Positions 9,270 through 18,544 of a stretch of DNA of 64,000 nt are shown piece after piece. The first letter of the stretch is position 1; each line of letters opens with the position of its first letter. This DNA is from Patescibacteria group bacterium (GTDB lineage Bacteria; Patescibacteriota; Minisyncoccia; Phycocordibacterales; UBA918): the NCBI GenBank assembly GCA_038061715.1, contig JBBTYP010000003.1, positions 12,034-76,033 on the forward strand. The letters are read 5' to 3'. The notes beneath the pieces were generated by a model. The model saw only the letters and a list, made by a program, of their open reading frames with translations, was not told where the DNA came from and searched no databases. A program made the translations under genes and the position numbers.

Positions 9270-9312
9270 ACTGAAAAGCATAGCATAAACTAGAAATGCT
9301 GGTTATTTTAAG

Positions 9313-9768
9313 TTAGATAGCAGCTGACTCAAGACGGGCTTTGAATAAGCTTATGATTCCACTTTTCTCTAATTTATAATTCTTGCCGTTGAAAGCTATT
9401 GAAGTCCCCTCCTCTTTGGCTAAATAAACTAAAATTGGTACATATCTTACTGGTCCATCTTTACCGAAAAAAATTGCAGCTATTATCCTTAAGCCCCCTG
9501 ATTTATCGGATTTTGGTTTTGTAGTTACTTGTCGAAACTTACACACCTGCACTCTCCCGCCAGTCTCATCCACTTCTTCAAGTAAAACAGTTTTTGAGGT
9601 TGGCACATGGAATCTAGGGCTATTTCTTAATTCCCAAAACTTACCCACCAAAAATTTATGATGTGCTTTTACGTCGAGCTTAAGACTCTTTATCTTTTTT
9701 AAACGTTTTTCATCCAGCTTCAGGAACGGTCCTTCTGCAAATTCCATAAATTTAAGCAGCAAGCGCAA
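9313..9768 (-). CDS. Putative RelE/HigB-like toxin
   Basis: KSGGLRII and LVYLAKEE resemble RelE-family motifs; basic; overlaps the upstream antitoxin. Confidence 0.55.
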   Translation of the reverse strand: MRLLLKFMEFAEGPFLKLDEKRLKKIKSLKLDVKAHHKFLVGKFWELRNSPRFHVPTSKTVLLEEVDETGGRVQVCKFRQVTTKPKSDKSGGLRIIAAIFFGKDGPVRYVPILVYLAKEEGTSIAFNGKNYKLEKSGIISLFKARLESAAI

Positions 9769-10276
9769 ACAAACCTGTTTTCTGCAGTTTATTCAGAGAA
9801 ACCTCTTCGGGCTCCTCAGCAACATCCTCTTCATTAGAACGATATTGTGCGTTCTCAAAATCAACAAGGTGATGGTAATCAGCCATCAAATAAACTGGAT
9901 CCTGGTGAGCAAGGTGTACGATTTGATTAACATTCAATTCTGAATAGCGTAAACATGTATTTTCAATTGATTGAATTTTCTTTGCATCCAAAAACTTTAG
10001 CTCCATTTCTCCAGCACCTATAAAATTTCCATCTGTAATGGTGAGAAGATTCTCAGAAACTAACTCCTCGATTGCCTTTTGAGCAATTTTGTTTATTGGG
10101 GTTGGACCGAAGGTATTTTTAATATATGAAACACTAGTGAGTCTTTCATTAAATTTCTCAAAGTAATCAGCTTCACTGAAAAAGCACAATTTCCAAAGTT
10201 TTGTTTCTTTCAACATCCTTGGATGATTTGCTGCTATATACCAAATTAACTCTTTAAATTCTTCTTTCTTGCTCAT
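9752..10276 (-). CDS. Panacea (DUF4065/SocA-like) antitoxin
   Basis: KLWKLCFFSE...YIKNTFGP...LAHQDP pattern. Confidence 0.75.
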   Translation of the reverse strand: MSKKEEFKELIWYIAANHPRMLKETKLWKLCFFSEADYFEKFNERLTSVSYIKNTFGPTPINKIAQKAIEELVSENLLTITDGNFIGAGEMELKFLDAKKIQSIENTCLRYSELNVNQIVHLAHQDPVYLMADYHHLVDFENAQYRSNEEDVAEEPEEVSLNKLQKTGLFALAA

Positions 10277-10506
10277 AGTTTTATTATACGCTAAATACTT
10301 AATAAGTTTTCAGCTTCTCCTGTTGACCCAACAGTACCATATAATTCATATTTGTCTAAGAAAAGCTTGGTATGTAGAGAGTTGGGTCATTTCTGTGCTC
10401 AAACATAGTTCTAACTTCCTCTGCACCGTCGTCCAACCTGGTGGTATGTTATAAAAATACGGCCCCGTTCTCACAGGGCCGTTTTAGTTTAAGATCAGGT
10501 TCCGAA

Positions 10507-11649
10507 TTACCTGGCGGCTCGTATGATACGAGCCGAGCGAGCAAGAATGGAAGCTATCCGCTCAAGATCGTCAGCGACAACTGCACCGTGTTGGATCGTA
10601 AGTTGTTTCAGATCACCGGTTATATTTTCGAGACTGAACAACGCTGTCACTCGTTGGGCTCGTTCGTCCAGGGTTAAGATCAAGCTTTTGCCCTGATCCC
10701 AGGAATCAGAAGGTTTCTTCTGCCTTGAAATACCTGAGGCTCGACGATGGTGACCAGCCCGGGCCATGAGTTTTTGAACTCCCAGATTACCTTTCTTGTA
10801 ATCAATAAATGCTTGTACTTGCTCTTCATCAGGGAGATCAGCGACTTGTTTGATGATCGAAAACGGAATTGATGGATTATCGGCAACATGTTCAAGAGCA
10901 TGTTGACACAATCGTTCGCCAGCAATTTTTCGATTCGATAACCACACCGAATTGTTTTGCCCCAGACTCTCGGACACCTGCGCCTGTGTAAAACGGACGC
11001 CAGTATCTGGACAGGGTTCAAGCAGCCGTCTTGCCAGATCGATTTCTTCCCAAGGAGTATGTCCTTCTCGATTGAAATTGGCCACTGCCGATGTGAGCAG
11101 AGCCTCGTTGCGACCCTTGTCCTTAGACGTCTGCACTGTCGCCCGGAAAGGAACGCCAGCGATCTTACAGGCTCGAAGCCGTCGTTCGCCATCTCGCAGC
11201 TCATACTTCCAATCAAGATCGGGAGTTTCAACAACCAAACCGGGTTGAACCTGCCCCCGATGTCTGATCGAATCTGCCAAGGCATTGATACGCTCCTGAT
11301 CAAAATGTTTCCGCGGCTGATCTGGCAGTGGTGCGATTTGATCAACGGGGATCTCCAGCACTCGATCACCAAGAGTGATGTGCTGAAGCGGCGTCTCCAC
11401 CTCCTCTATAACGACACCTCCATGGAATTCACATAAACCAGTTTCATAATCTAACTGACCTTTGCTCCGATCATTTTCAGGGAGCAATAAACACCTTCGA
11501 CACAAACGCCATTTTGATTTGCATTTGCTGCGGCAGCAACCGTCCTGGTTTTTAGAGACAATGCTTGTTAGTTGACGACAAATATCCAAAGTCGCCGGTA
11601 CATGTGTAAACACGCACTTATGTGTCTCAATAACTCTCTGTTCAGACAT
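10507..11649 (-). CDS. ParB/Spo0J-family protein with a Cys-rich N-terminal extension
   Basis: PDQPRKHFD, GQVQP, ELRDGERRLRA, NFNRE motifs, then an HTH. Confidence 0.8.
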   Translation of the reverse strand: MSEQRVIETHKCVFTHVPATLDICRQLTSIVSKNQDGCCRSKCKSKWRLCRRCLLLPENDRSKGQLDYETGLCEFHGGVVIEEVETPLQHITLGDRVLEIPVDQIAPLPDQPRKHFDQERINALADSIRHRGQVQPGLVVETPDLDWKYELRDGERRLRACKIAGVPFRATVQTSKDKGRNEALLTSAVANFNREGHTPWEEIDLARRLLEPCPDTGVRFTQAQVSESLGQNNSVWLSNRKIAGERLCQHALEHVADNPSIPFSIIKQVADLPDEEQVQAFIDYKKGNLGVQKLMARAGHHRRASGISRQKKPSDSWDQGKSLILTLDERAQRVTALFSLENITGDLKQLTIQHGAVVADDLERIASILARSARIIRAAR

Positions 11650-11809
11650 GTCAGCTCCTTTCGATTTGCTATTCCAGAGATACTTATACTCCCATCAATA
11701 TAGCGTGTCAACGTAACAGTAAACTAGTACTTAATTATTGCTTTAGCGCCAGTGGTAATGTTTGTTATCCAACCATACACTTCTGACAACCTCGTTGTAT
11801 ACTTTCACT

Positions 11810-12913
11810 ATGGAAAGATCCCGATTATTATTCCCGTTAGTAATTCTGAGCACCGTGGCCTTGCTCATGGGTGCTACAGTATATTTTTACTTCGAAGGCT
11901 TGGTCGAGCCAGCACCTACTCTAGAAGCTGTTCCCGTTCCATCATTAGAACTAAAAAAGCCTGGTGATTTAGATCTCGGCGGACTCTTTATGATTGGGCA
12001 CTGGGCTAACACACCAGTTGCGAGCACTACTGCTCTTATTAAAGAGCATCATTTTGGAGGAGTGATTATTATGAGCGGCCCAGGAGATCCACTGGAAATT
12101 GCAGAGTGGGTCAAGGAATGGAAGGCGGCAAGTGAGAGACCACTTATAATCGCTATTGACCAAGAGGGCGGCCCAGTTAGTCGACTTAAAGGGACTGGTT
12201 TTATCACAACTGGACAACGAGATATTGAAACGACTAAGGAAGCTTACCAAGTCGGGTTTAAGCGCGGGCAGGAGTTAGCCTCGCTTGGAATCAATATGAA
12301 CTTTGCTCCCGTGCTTGATACCGCTAAGAATCCTGATTCTTTTATGTTTGAGCGGGTGTTCCCAGACGGCAGCGAAGCTGCCGCCCTCGCCGTCGCCATG
12401 GGTAAAGGTATGGAAGATGCAGGAGTGACCCCCGTTGCCAAACACTTCCCCGGCCATGACGACACTACCGATGATTCTCACTTCACCCTACCAACCGTCT
12501 CGATTTCAAAAAACGAACTGCCAGATTTCACAACGAACTTCACCGACTATTTAAAAACTGAACCTTTGGCTCTAATGACGGCGCATGTACTTTTCCCCCA
12601 GATTGATAGCTACCCCGCCACTCTGTCTCACTTCTTTCTCACCGATTATCTGCGGGGTGAACTAAAATTCGCGGGTGTAATTGTGACAGACGACATGAGC
12701 ATGAACGCTATCGATAGTACGTGGTCAACCGACCAAGCTGCCTTAATTTCACTTCAGGCCGGCGCTGATCTTATCCTATTTGCGGCGGAGCCAAACTCGG
12801 CCCTAACCGCGCTGAAACGCCTTGAGTTTGCCGTCGCAACGGGCGAGCTAACGGCAGCTGACGCGGAAGCTAAAAACACTCGAATTGACTCTTTGCGTCA
12901 GCCTTTGGATTGA
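11810..12913 (+). CDS. GH3 beta-N-acetylhexosaminidase (NagZ-like), membrane anchored
   Basis: IDQEGG, KHFPGH, TDDMSM motifs; N-terminal TM; start at M17 after TATACT. Confidence 0.88.
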   Translation: MERSRLLFPLVILSTVALLMGATVYFYFEGLVEPAPTLEAVPVPSLELKKPGDLDLGGLFMIGHWANTPVASTTALIKEHHFGGVIIMSGPGDPLEIAEWVKEWKAASERPLIIAIDQEGGPVSRLKGTGFITTGQRDIETTKEAYQVGFKRGQELASLGINMNFAPVLDTAKNPDSFMFERVFPDGSEAAALAVAMGKGMEDAGVTPVAKHFPGHDDTTDDSHFTLPTVSISKNELPDFTTNFTDYLKTEPLALMTAHVLFPQIDSYPATLSHFFLTDYLRGELKFAGVIVTDDMSMNAIDSTWSTDQAALISLQAGADLILFAAEPNSALTALKRLEFAVATGELTAADAEAKNTRIDSLRQPLD

Positions 12914-12985
12914 TCCTCCCATCTGGTGCTTAAAATCTAGAAAAAACAAAAGGCCCTAACAGGCCCCTTGTTTAGGTAGGCAAAC

Positions 12986-13192
12986 CTACTTACACATTGT
13001 GCAGCTCTTCTTGTGTGTGAGTAGTTCGTAAACAGCTGAGAGACCGACCAAAATGTAAATGGCTTTGGTAAGGTTACCTTCACCAAAAATAGTTGTGACT
13101 AGATTCAATTCGAATGCTCCGACCAGGAGCCAGTTAAGACCTCCCACCACCAACAGAATAAACGTTACCATGTGTAGAGCTTTACTATTCAT
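12986..13192 (-). CDS. DUF378 family small membrane protein
   Basis: LLVVGGLNWLLVG...IYILVGLSA. Confidence 0.85.
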   Translation of the reverse strand: MNSKALHMVTFILLVVGGLNWLLVGAFELNLVTTIFGEGNLTKAIYILVGLSAVYELLTHKKSCTMCK

Positions 13193-13259
13193 AGATTATT
13201 ATTATCTAATTAAAGTCTGGTAAGACATATTAATTATACTCCTGGTCTAAAATAAAACA

Positions 13260-13733
13260 CTACTCCTGGTGCGTTTCCGTTAGAGGGAAGACTCTCCTAC
13301 CAAGCAGTACCGCCCTAACTTCAGCCAAAACCTGCTTGGAATTTTGGTGTGTAACTAGATCTTCAGCCTCACTAAGAGAGCACCAACGTAACTCCTTAAT
13401 TTCACGGGGTTGGGAAATATGAGTCTTTTGGTTTCGACAATAACCTAGATAATATTTGACGGTCTTTTCAATCTTTACCCCTTCGTGAATGAAAGAATAA
13501 CTGATGATATGGCTGCTTCCTTCGTCAAGAAGAATTTCAATCAGACCAGTTTCTTCTTGGAGTTCCCGCCTGGCGGCCTCGACCGGAGTTTCGTTTTCTT
13601 CGGCATGCCCTTTGGGGAAAATCCAAAAGTCATCGCCCCGATAAGACACTTGATGTACCAAGAGGACTTCCCAAACCCCGTCTTTTTCAAAGACTGGCAC
13701 TACGCCATAGGAGTTATCGATTTTAATTTCCAT
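13260..13733 (-). CDS. NUDIX hydrolase (Ap4A-hydrolase-like)
   Basis: PKGHAEENETPVEAARRELQEETG Nudix box. Confidence 0.9.
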   Translation of the reverse strand: MEIKIDNSYGVVPVFEKDGVWEVLLVHQVSYRGDDFWIFPKGHAEENETPVEAARRELQEETGLIEILLDEGSSHIISYSFIHEGVKIEKTVKYYLGYCRNQKTHISQPREIKELRWCSLSEAEDLVTHQNSKQVLAEVRAVLLGRRVFPLTETHQE

Positions 13734-13783
13734 CAGGTAAGTATAGCTGTTTTATTTTGTGGGGGTAAGTAACTAAGCGGAGA

Positions 13784-14036
13784 TGGAGTTGGTCACGAAT
13801 CACTAAGTATATTTGTTCGGCTCCGCCTCCAAATCTACTAAGTGTTCTCGAATCTTACAGATTCTGTACACCTTGTCGCTATTTTATTTCTCCTCACTCA
13901 TAAAATTGCTGGCAAGGTCTTGCGAAATGGGTCCCACCCCATTTCTCACCCAGCTCGTCTGTTCACTATCGCTCACATGACTGCGCTTTTCAACTCCAGC
14001 CGAACGACGCGCAGGCGTCGTTCTTCCTGGACACCA
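13784..14036 (-). repeat. tRNA-Leu trailer element: antisense tRNA 3' copy plus hairpin modules (core copy A 13847-13951)
   Basis: TTCAACTCCAG (13989-13999) and TCCTGGACACCA (14025-14036) split by a hairpin; core shared with 23495, 23913 and 24741. Confidence 0.8.
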
Positions 14037-14077
14037 TTAAAACAAAAGCCGCACATACGTGCGACTGATGTTTTATA

Positions 14078-14164
14078 TGGTGTCCAGGACTGGAGTTGAA
14101 CCAGCATGCCCGTGAAGGCGCTACCACCTCAAGGTAGTGCGTCTACCAATTTCGCCACCTGGAC
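14078..14164 (-). tRNA. tRNA-Leu(GAG), CCA encoded
   Basis: CTACC-TTGAGGT-GGTAG anticodon arm, long variable arm, ends ACCA. Confidence 0.95.
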
Positions 14165-14230
14165 ATTGGTACCTCTTTTCGAAGTGGCGCCATTATGGAC
14201 TACTATTTCAAATATTTCAACCTAAAATAT

Positions 14231-14263
14231 TAAAAGCGGCGACCCTAAGAGTCGCCGCTTTTA
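14231..14263 (-). terminator. Terminator of rplS
   Basis: TAAAAGCGGCGAC...GTCGCCGCTTTTA. Confidence 0.75.
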
Positions 14264-14272
14264 ATTAAGGTA

Positions 14273-14869
14273 TTAGTCCTTCTTCTCTTCTTCGGTTGTC
14301 TCTGGAGTTTCGATTACTTCAGTAGCTTCAGCTACTTCAGTTGTAAGTTCTTCAACTGCAGCTGCGGCTTCAGCCGCCTTAGCTTCTTCTGCTGCTAGCT
14401 TTGCTGCAGCGGCCTCTTCTGCTTCCTTAGCAGCGGCTGCAGCTTTCTTGGTTTCTTCGGCAGCACGAGCAGTTGACTCGATACCTGATTCGGTCGACAT
14501 TGAGACTAAACTCATACGACGCATTTGTCGTTTCACTTCACGCGCTACCTTCTCACGAATGTAGTAGAGCTTGGCACGACGTACCTTGGCGCGCTTGACA
14601 ATTTCTAGCTTGTCAATCATTGGTGAGTAAAGTGGATAGATCTTTTCGATTCCAATTCCACCCGACATTTTACGAACAGTAAAAGTGGCCCCTGGCTCAT
14701 CACCATGCTTGCGTGCCAATACGAGACCTTCAAAAATCTGAATGCGGGTCTTACCCTTATCTTGAATCTTTTGGTGCACTCGAACAGTATCTCCCGCGCG
14801 GAGGCCGAGAGATTGTCGCTCTTCCATATTTACCGGTGACACTGCCACCCCTTCCATGACTGCTTTCAT
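14273..14869 (-). CDS. rplS: 50S ribosomal protein L19 with Ala/Glu-rich C-terminal tail
   Basis: GDTVRVH, RIQIFEG, TFTVRK, KVRRAKLYYIR. Confidence 0.95.
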   Translation of the reverse strand: MKAVMEGVAVSPVNMEERQSLGLRAGDTVRVHQKIQDKGKTRIQIFEGLVLARKHGDEPGATFTVRKMSGGIGIEKIYPLYSPMIDKLEIVKRAKVRRAKLYYIREKVAREVKRQMRRMSLVSMSTESGIESTARAAEETKKAAAAAKEAEEAAAAKLAAEEAKAAEAAAAVEELTTEVAEATEVIETPETTEEEKKD

Positions 14870-14925
14870 AATAATAATTTAATCAATAGGTCCTTTAAAC
14901 GTGCCACAATCTACCACAAAGGACC

Positions 14926-15687
14926 TTATTCTGCAATACGCTCAGCAGCTTCCTCAAAAGCTTGAGGAACGGGGGCGATGAAGCGTTCGCTTTGACCGTT
15001 CGGGAGTGTTAATTCTAGCTGGTGGGCATGGAGCGCCATCCGCGACAACCCTAAATTGTTAGATTTTTCTATGACATGGGTGGCATACAGTTCATCTTGT
15101 ACAATTGGTCGGTCAATAGCACGTAAGTGCACTCGGAGCTGGTGGGTTCTCCCTGTTTTAGGAATCAATTTCAGGTACGAAAATGCCTCGCCTTCGTATT
15201 CACCCATGCCAATCCGTTCAATGTCAGTAATAGCTTCTCGCAACATGCCCTTGGCGCCCTTCATGGCGGAGCGCAAACGGTGATCCTTGGTACTGCGACC
15301 AATCGGACGATTAATTGTTCCCCAACGATCGTGAATCCGACCGTAAACAAAGGCTCTATATTCTTTATAGACATTCCTGTCTTTGAATTGCTGCTTTAGA
15401 AAAGTGTAGGCCGCTTGGTGTTTAGCCAAAATAAGCACGCCTGAAGTCTCACGATCGAGTCGGTGTACGATCCCCGAGCGGTCTAGAATTTCTCCCTTTA
15501 CTGAATAACCCGGTTCACCAACTCCAGCTGCTGCTGGCTCGCGACACAAAAACCACTCCACTACAGTGGGTGTATTTTCTGTCTTTCCGTCCCCATGCAC
15601 CATCCAGCCTTCGGGCTTATTGATAACCAGGACGTCGTTGTCTTCATATAAAATAGCTGGCTCTTTCATGATTGCCAGTATACGCAT
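14926..15687 (-). CDS. RluA/RluD family pseudouridine synthase
   Basis: INKPEG, HRLDRETSG, TGRTHQLRVH. Confidence 0.92.
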   Translation of the reverse strand: MRILAIMKEPAILYEDNDVLVINKPEGWMVHGDGKTENTPTVVEWFLCREPAAAGVGEPGYSVKGEILDRSGIVHRLDRETSGVLILAKHQAAYTFLKQQFKDRNVYKEYRAFVYGRIHDRWGTINRPIGRSTKDHRLRSAMKGAKGMLREAITDIERIGMGEYEGEAFSYLKLIPKTGRTHQLRVHLRAIDRPIVQDELYATHVIEKSNNLGLSRMALHAHQLELTLPNGQSERFIAPVPQAFEEAAERIAE

Positions 15688-15705
15688 TATTTTGTATTTG
15701 TCAGG

Positions 15706-15978
15706 TTAATGTCTTACCGAAAATTCAGAGTGAGTCCCGGACACACTACACCAATCAATCCCCACGCTCTCTACGTGAGCCAATGATGAGCCTTCGTTTA
15801 GATATTCCACAAACTCTTTTAAAACATCAGGCAGACCTTGGGCCAAGACGAACACCGTTCCGTCAGTATTATTTTTGACGTACCCCACTAGAGCCAGGTT
15901 GGTGGCCGCCTCTTGCACATAAGCTCGATAAGCTACTCCTTGAACCTTCCCTATAACTACCGCCTGTAATTCAATCAT
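15706..15978 (-). CDS. acyP: Acylphosphatase
   Basis: GKVQGVAYR, GYVKNNTDGTV. Confidence 0.92.
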   Translation of the reverse strand: MIELQAVVIGKVQGVAYRAYVQEAATNLALVGYVKNNTDGTVFVLAQGLPDVLKEFVEYLNEGSSLAHVESVGIDWCSVSGTHSEFSVRH

Positions 15979-16025
15979 ATGAAGGTTAGTATAACCCTCG
16001 ACGAAATTTAATACAGAGTTCGGCC

Positions 16026-16054
16026 TTGCATTTTGCTTGAAACCGAACTATAAA
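16026..16054 (+). promoter_or_regulatory. Sigma70-type promoter
   Basis: TTGCAT-17 nt-TATAAA. Confidence 0.6.
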
Positions 16055-16082
16055 AGATAAGGAGCCACCAGGGAGTACCAAA

Positions 16083-16232
16083 ATGCAATACAATCCTCAT
16101 CTAGAGGTTATGTATCCTAGCCGCAAGGCTAAACGGGCAGAGCGGCGGCAGTTTCTCAAACAGCCTCCCCACCCCAGTCCACAATCCGATCGGCCTTGCA
16201 CACTACCAAACATTTCTCGCTCTTCTCGCTAA
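16083..16232 (+). CDS. 49-aa basic, Pro-rich small protein (below the ORF-track cutoff)
   Basis: Promoter, AGGAG/GGGAG, ATG...TAA, then hairpin ACGGCCGGTCC...GGATCGGCCGT. Confidence 0.45.
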   Translation: MQYNPHLEVMYPSRKAKRAERRQFLKQPPHPSPQSDRPCTLPNISRSSR

Positions 16233-16330
16233 GAACTCGATCTTTTACGGCCGGTCCCTCCAGGATCGGCCGTCGCTATTGAATTATTTTTAAAAACCAG
16301 TACTATATTGCCACGCAAATACATTTATTT

Positions 16331-16403
16331 GCGCGATTAGCTCAGTTGGTAGAGCAGCGCATTTACACTGCGAAGGTCGGGAGTTCGAGCCTCTCATCGC
16401 GCA
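16331..16403 (+). tRNA. tRNA-Val(TAC)
   Basis: Cloverleaf, loop TTTACAC, GTTCGAGC T-arm. Confidence 0.93.
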
Positions 16404-16479
16404 CTTCTAGAAAACAGTCGCGGGCCTTAGCCCGCGACTGTTTTCGTTTTGTAACTTTTTTTGGTATGGTTATCCCACT

Positions 16480-16551
16480 GCTTCCATAGTTCAATGGATA
16501 GAACAGGAGACTTCTAAGCTCTTGATGTAGGTTCGATTCCTACTGGAAGCA
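16480..16551 (+). tRNA. tRNA-Arg(TCT)
   Basis: Cloverleaf, loop CTTCTAA, GGTTCGATTCC. Confidence 0.93.
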
Positions 16552-16603
16552 CAGTCTAGCGAGACCTACTGAGAGGCTACAAGGCCTCGTAAACAGCGAT
16601 ATG

Positions 16604-16653
16604 TCTACAAAACAAAACCGAACGCAGATTTGCGTTCGGTTTTGTTTTGTAGA
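16604..16653. terminator. 23-bp perfect hairpin, likely bidirectional terminator
   Basis: TCTACAAAACAAAACCGAACGCA-gatt-TGCGTTCGGTTTTGTTTTGTAGA. Confidence 0.75.
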
Positions 16654-16739
16654 TGTCAGTCTATTGGTAAGTCTGAATAAAGTCCCAAACATCTTTGTTC
16701 ATCCAACCATGACGCAACCCCTCTAGAGAGGAGGGTTTG

Positions 16740-17498
16740 TTACCAAAGAATCCTTACAATTTCTCCCAGTAACACATCCATATCTTGAGAAAAATTTACT
16801 TGTGTTTTTGTTGGCAAAACCTCCTTCTTTTGAATTGTTGTGTGAAGGTGACCATCAGCTATTTTCCGTGAGGAATTTTGAAGGTGATTAAATGTTTCCT
16901 TAATACTTTTTGCAGTTTTGAAATTGTTTGCTACTTTAGTAAAAGTCTGATACCCAAATATCGGAGCAACATGGTCTAACACGGTTCGTACCAGAAGTAT
17001 CGTGGAAATGTAATTCTTGTTTGCATAGTTAAAATTAATTTCTTCGCAAATTCGAACTAAGCGACTCAAATCGAAATCGTTACTTTTTACTACCTTAAGT
17101 TGGTTAATACGCTCTGGATCAATATAAATAGAGTTGTGATCTGGTGTTTGTTTTTGGGTGAGTGACTTAGCTGCTTCTGGTCTAGCTAATTTTGCGGCAT
17201 CACAATCAGAAAGCGCTAACTCAATTTCAATTAATCGGAGCCTGTCCGTTGGGATCATCCACGTGTCCTTCCGTACCAATCGTACTCGGGTGTCTTTCTT
17301 TAAAGTTGCACGAACAAAATCACTACGGATATTACCCAGTCCAGCAGAGGCGTATGCAAATTTCAAATCTTTGAGTGCAGCGTTACCACCACCGTACTTC
17401 GAAAAAAAATACAAAAAGCAAAGAATGCGTTTAGCTCGAGTATCGACATACTCGAGTGCGCATTTTGTAAACTCTGCCAAATCGTAACTATCTTCCAT
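16740..17498 (-). CDS. wHTH-like N-terminal domain plus HEPN-like C-terminal domain (putative effector)
   Basis: All-helical C-terminal domain with EEIN...LLVRTVLDH and RKIADGHLH (R-x5-H); start at M6. Confidence 0.55.
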   Translation of the reverse strand: MEDSYDLAEFTKCALEYVDTRAKRILCFLYFFSKYGGGNAALKDLKFAYASAGLGNIRSDFVRATLKKDTRVRLVRKDTWMIPTDRLRLIEIELALSDCDAAKLARPEAAKSLTQKQTPDHNSIYIDPERINQLKVVKSNDFDLSRLVRICEEINFNYANKNYISTILLVRTVLDHVAPIFGYQTFTKVANNFKTAKSIKETFNHLQNSSRKIADGHLHTTIQKKEVLPTKTQVNFSQDMDVLLGEIVRILW

Positions 17499-17964
17499 AA
17501 AGCATGTTCTCAAAGTATTTTATTCCCTGCCTGTTTAAACGATATGGGGTTGGCAGACCATTTTTCCTTACTTTTGCACTTTCAAGGTAGGATCGAAGTT
17601 CCTTGAGCTTAGTCGAAGCGTTGGATGATTTAACTTTTATGCCCAGCTCAGAGGTGATGTGCTCTATATTGCCACTAGTTAGCCATATGTTGTTGAAGTA
17701 TTTATGCGAAATGTATAAACACATTAAGACCTTGGCCTCCATACTTTTAGCATCCAACACCTTCTGTTGCAGTAACTCGCTCTCTTCACAGTCGTTCACT
17801 CTGTTTGCAATTGCCAGAGTCATGTCTTGTTCATCCCGGTTTTCTGTGTCGTCTTTATTTATTGCTGGTGTTGTAGAAGAAAGTCCTCCCTCGAGAAGAC
17901 TTACTCGTTGTTCAAGGTCTTCAAGTCGTTGAAGAAAATCTGCTGGGGTAGTCATAACTTTCAC
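17488..17964 (-). CDS. Coiled-coil plus winged-helix-like hypothetical protein
   Basis: RLEDLEQRVSLLEG heptads; ends YRLNRQGIKYFE. Confidence 0.6.
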   Translation of the reverse strand: MKVMTTPADFLQRLEDLEQRVSLLEGGLSSTTPAINKDDTENRDEQDMTLAIANRVNDCEESELLQQKVLDAKSMEAKVLMCLYISHKYFNNIWLTSGNIEHITSELGIKVKSSNASTKLKELRSYLESAKVRKNGLPTPYRLNRQGIKYFENMLYGR

Positions 17965-17966
17965 AA

Positions 17967-18533
17967 TTACCCAAACAACGCGACGATTTCGTCACGAATC
18001 TTATCAATACCTCCGGGCGCAAGGGAGAACACTGGTTTTTTTCCTTTACCCACACCTTTAGCCTGAATACCCTTAGCTTCTTTTAGATTTCGGCCAAGAT
18101 TGGAATCCCGGATACCCCATTCATCAGCTGCAACAGTAAATACCGTAATGGGTACTTCTTTTATATCAAGTCCAAATTTATATCCGGCAATTAACGCGTA
18201 GGCGAGATTACGTTGTTGGTCAGCAACTCCTCTGCCGACGGGTTTTATCGCGACATGAAGTTCGTCACCCTTCATTTCGTACAACTCATTGACCTGTTCT
18301 ACTGAGATTCCTAGCTGCGTTGCTAAGCGTCCCGAATCAAGAGCGGAACCTGGTAACGACTCCACTTTTGACAGACCTCCTACAGCAACACCACTGCTCG
18401 ATGTCGAGCTTTGAGCTTTAAGGAGATGTTCAAGCACGACTTCAAAAGCCTTTTCCTTTAACTCGGGTGAAGCGACTCCAGCGGCGTTCTGCGCTGCAGT
18501 AATTGCTTCTTCTAGATATTTGCGATCATCCAT
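17967..18533 (-). CDS. Winged-helix-like hypothetical protein
   Basis: SNLGRNL...FSLAPGGIDKI wing-like C-terminus. Confidence 0.6.
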   Translation of the reverse strand: MDDRKYLEEAITAAQNAAGVASPELKEKAFEVVLEHLLKAQSSTSSSGVAVGGLSKVESLPGSALDSGRLATQLGISVEQVNELYEMKGDELHVAIKPVGRGVADQQRNLAYALIAGYKFGLDIKEVPITVFTVAADEWGIRDSNLGRNLKEAKGIQAKGVGKGKKPVFSLAPGGIDKIRDEIVALFG

Positions 18534-18544
18534 ATTTTTAGATC

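Noticed and set aside
10680-11436. Long alternative-frame ORFs over parB, and similar shadow ORFs across the window
   Set aside because: They overlap well-supported genes and have no motifs or translation signals.
14273-14480. L19 Ala/Glu tail as a fused extra domain
   Set aside because: Low-complexity extension without motifs. Such tails are not unusual on ribosomal proteins.
16552-16600. Hammerhead or theta ribozyme after tRNA-Arg(TCT)
   Set aside because: CTGAGA-GGC..GCC-TCGTAAA lacks the CUGANGA/GAAA core, and no HDV-like pseudoknot was evident.
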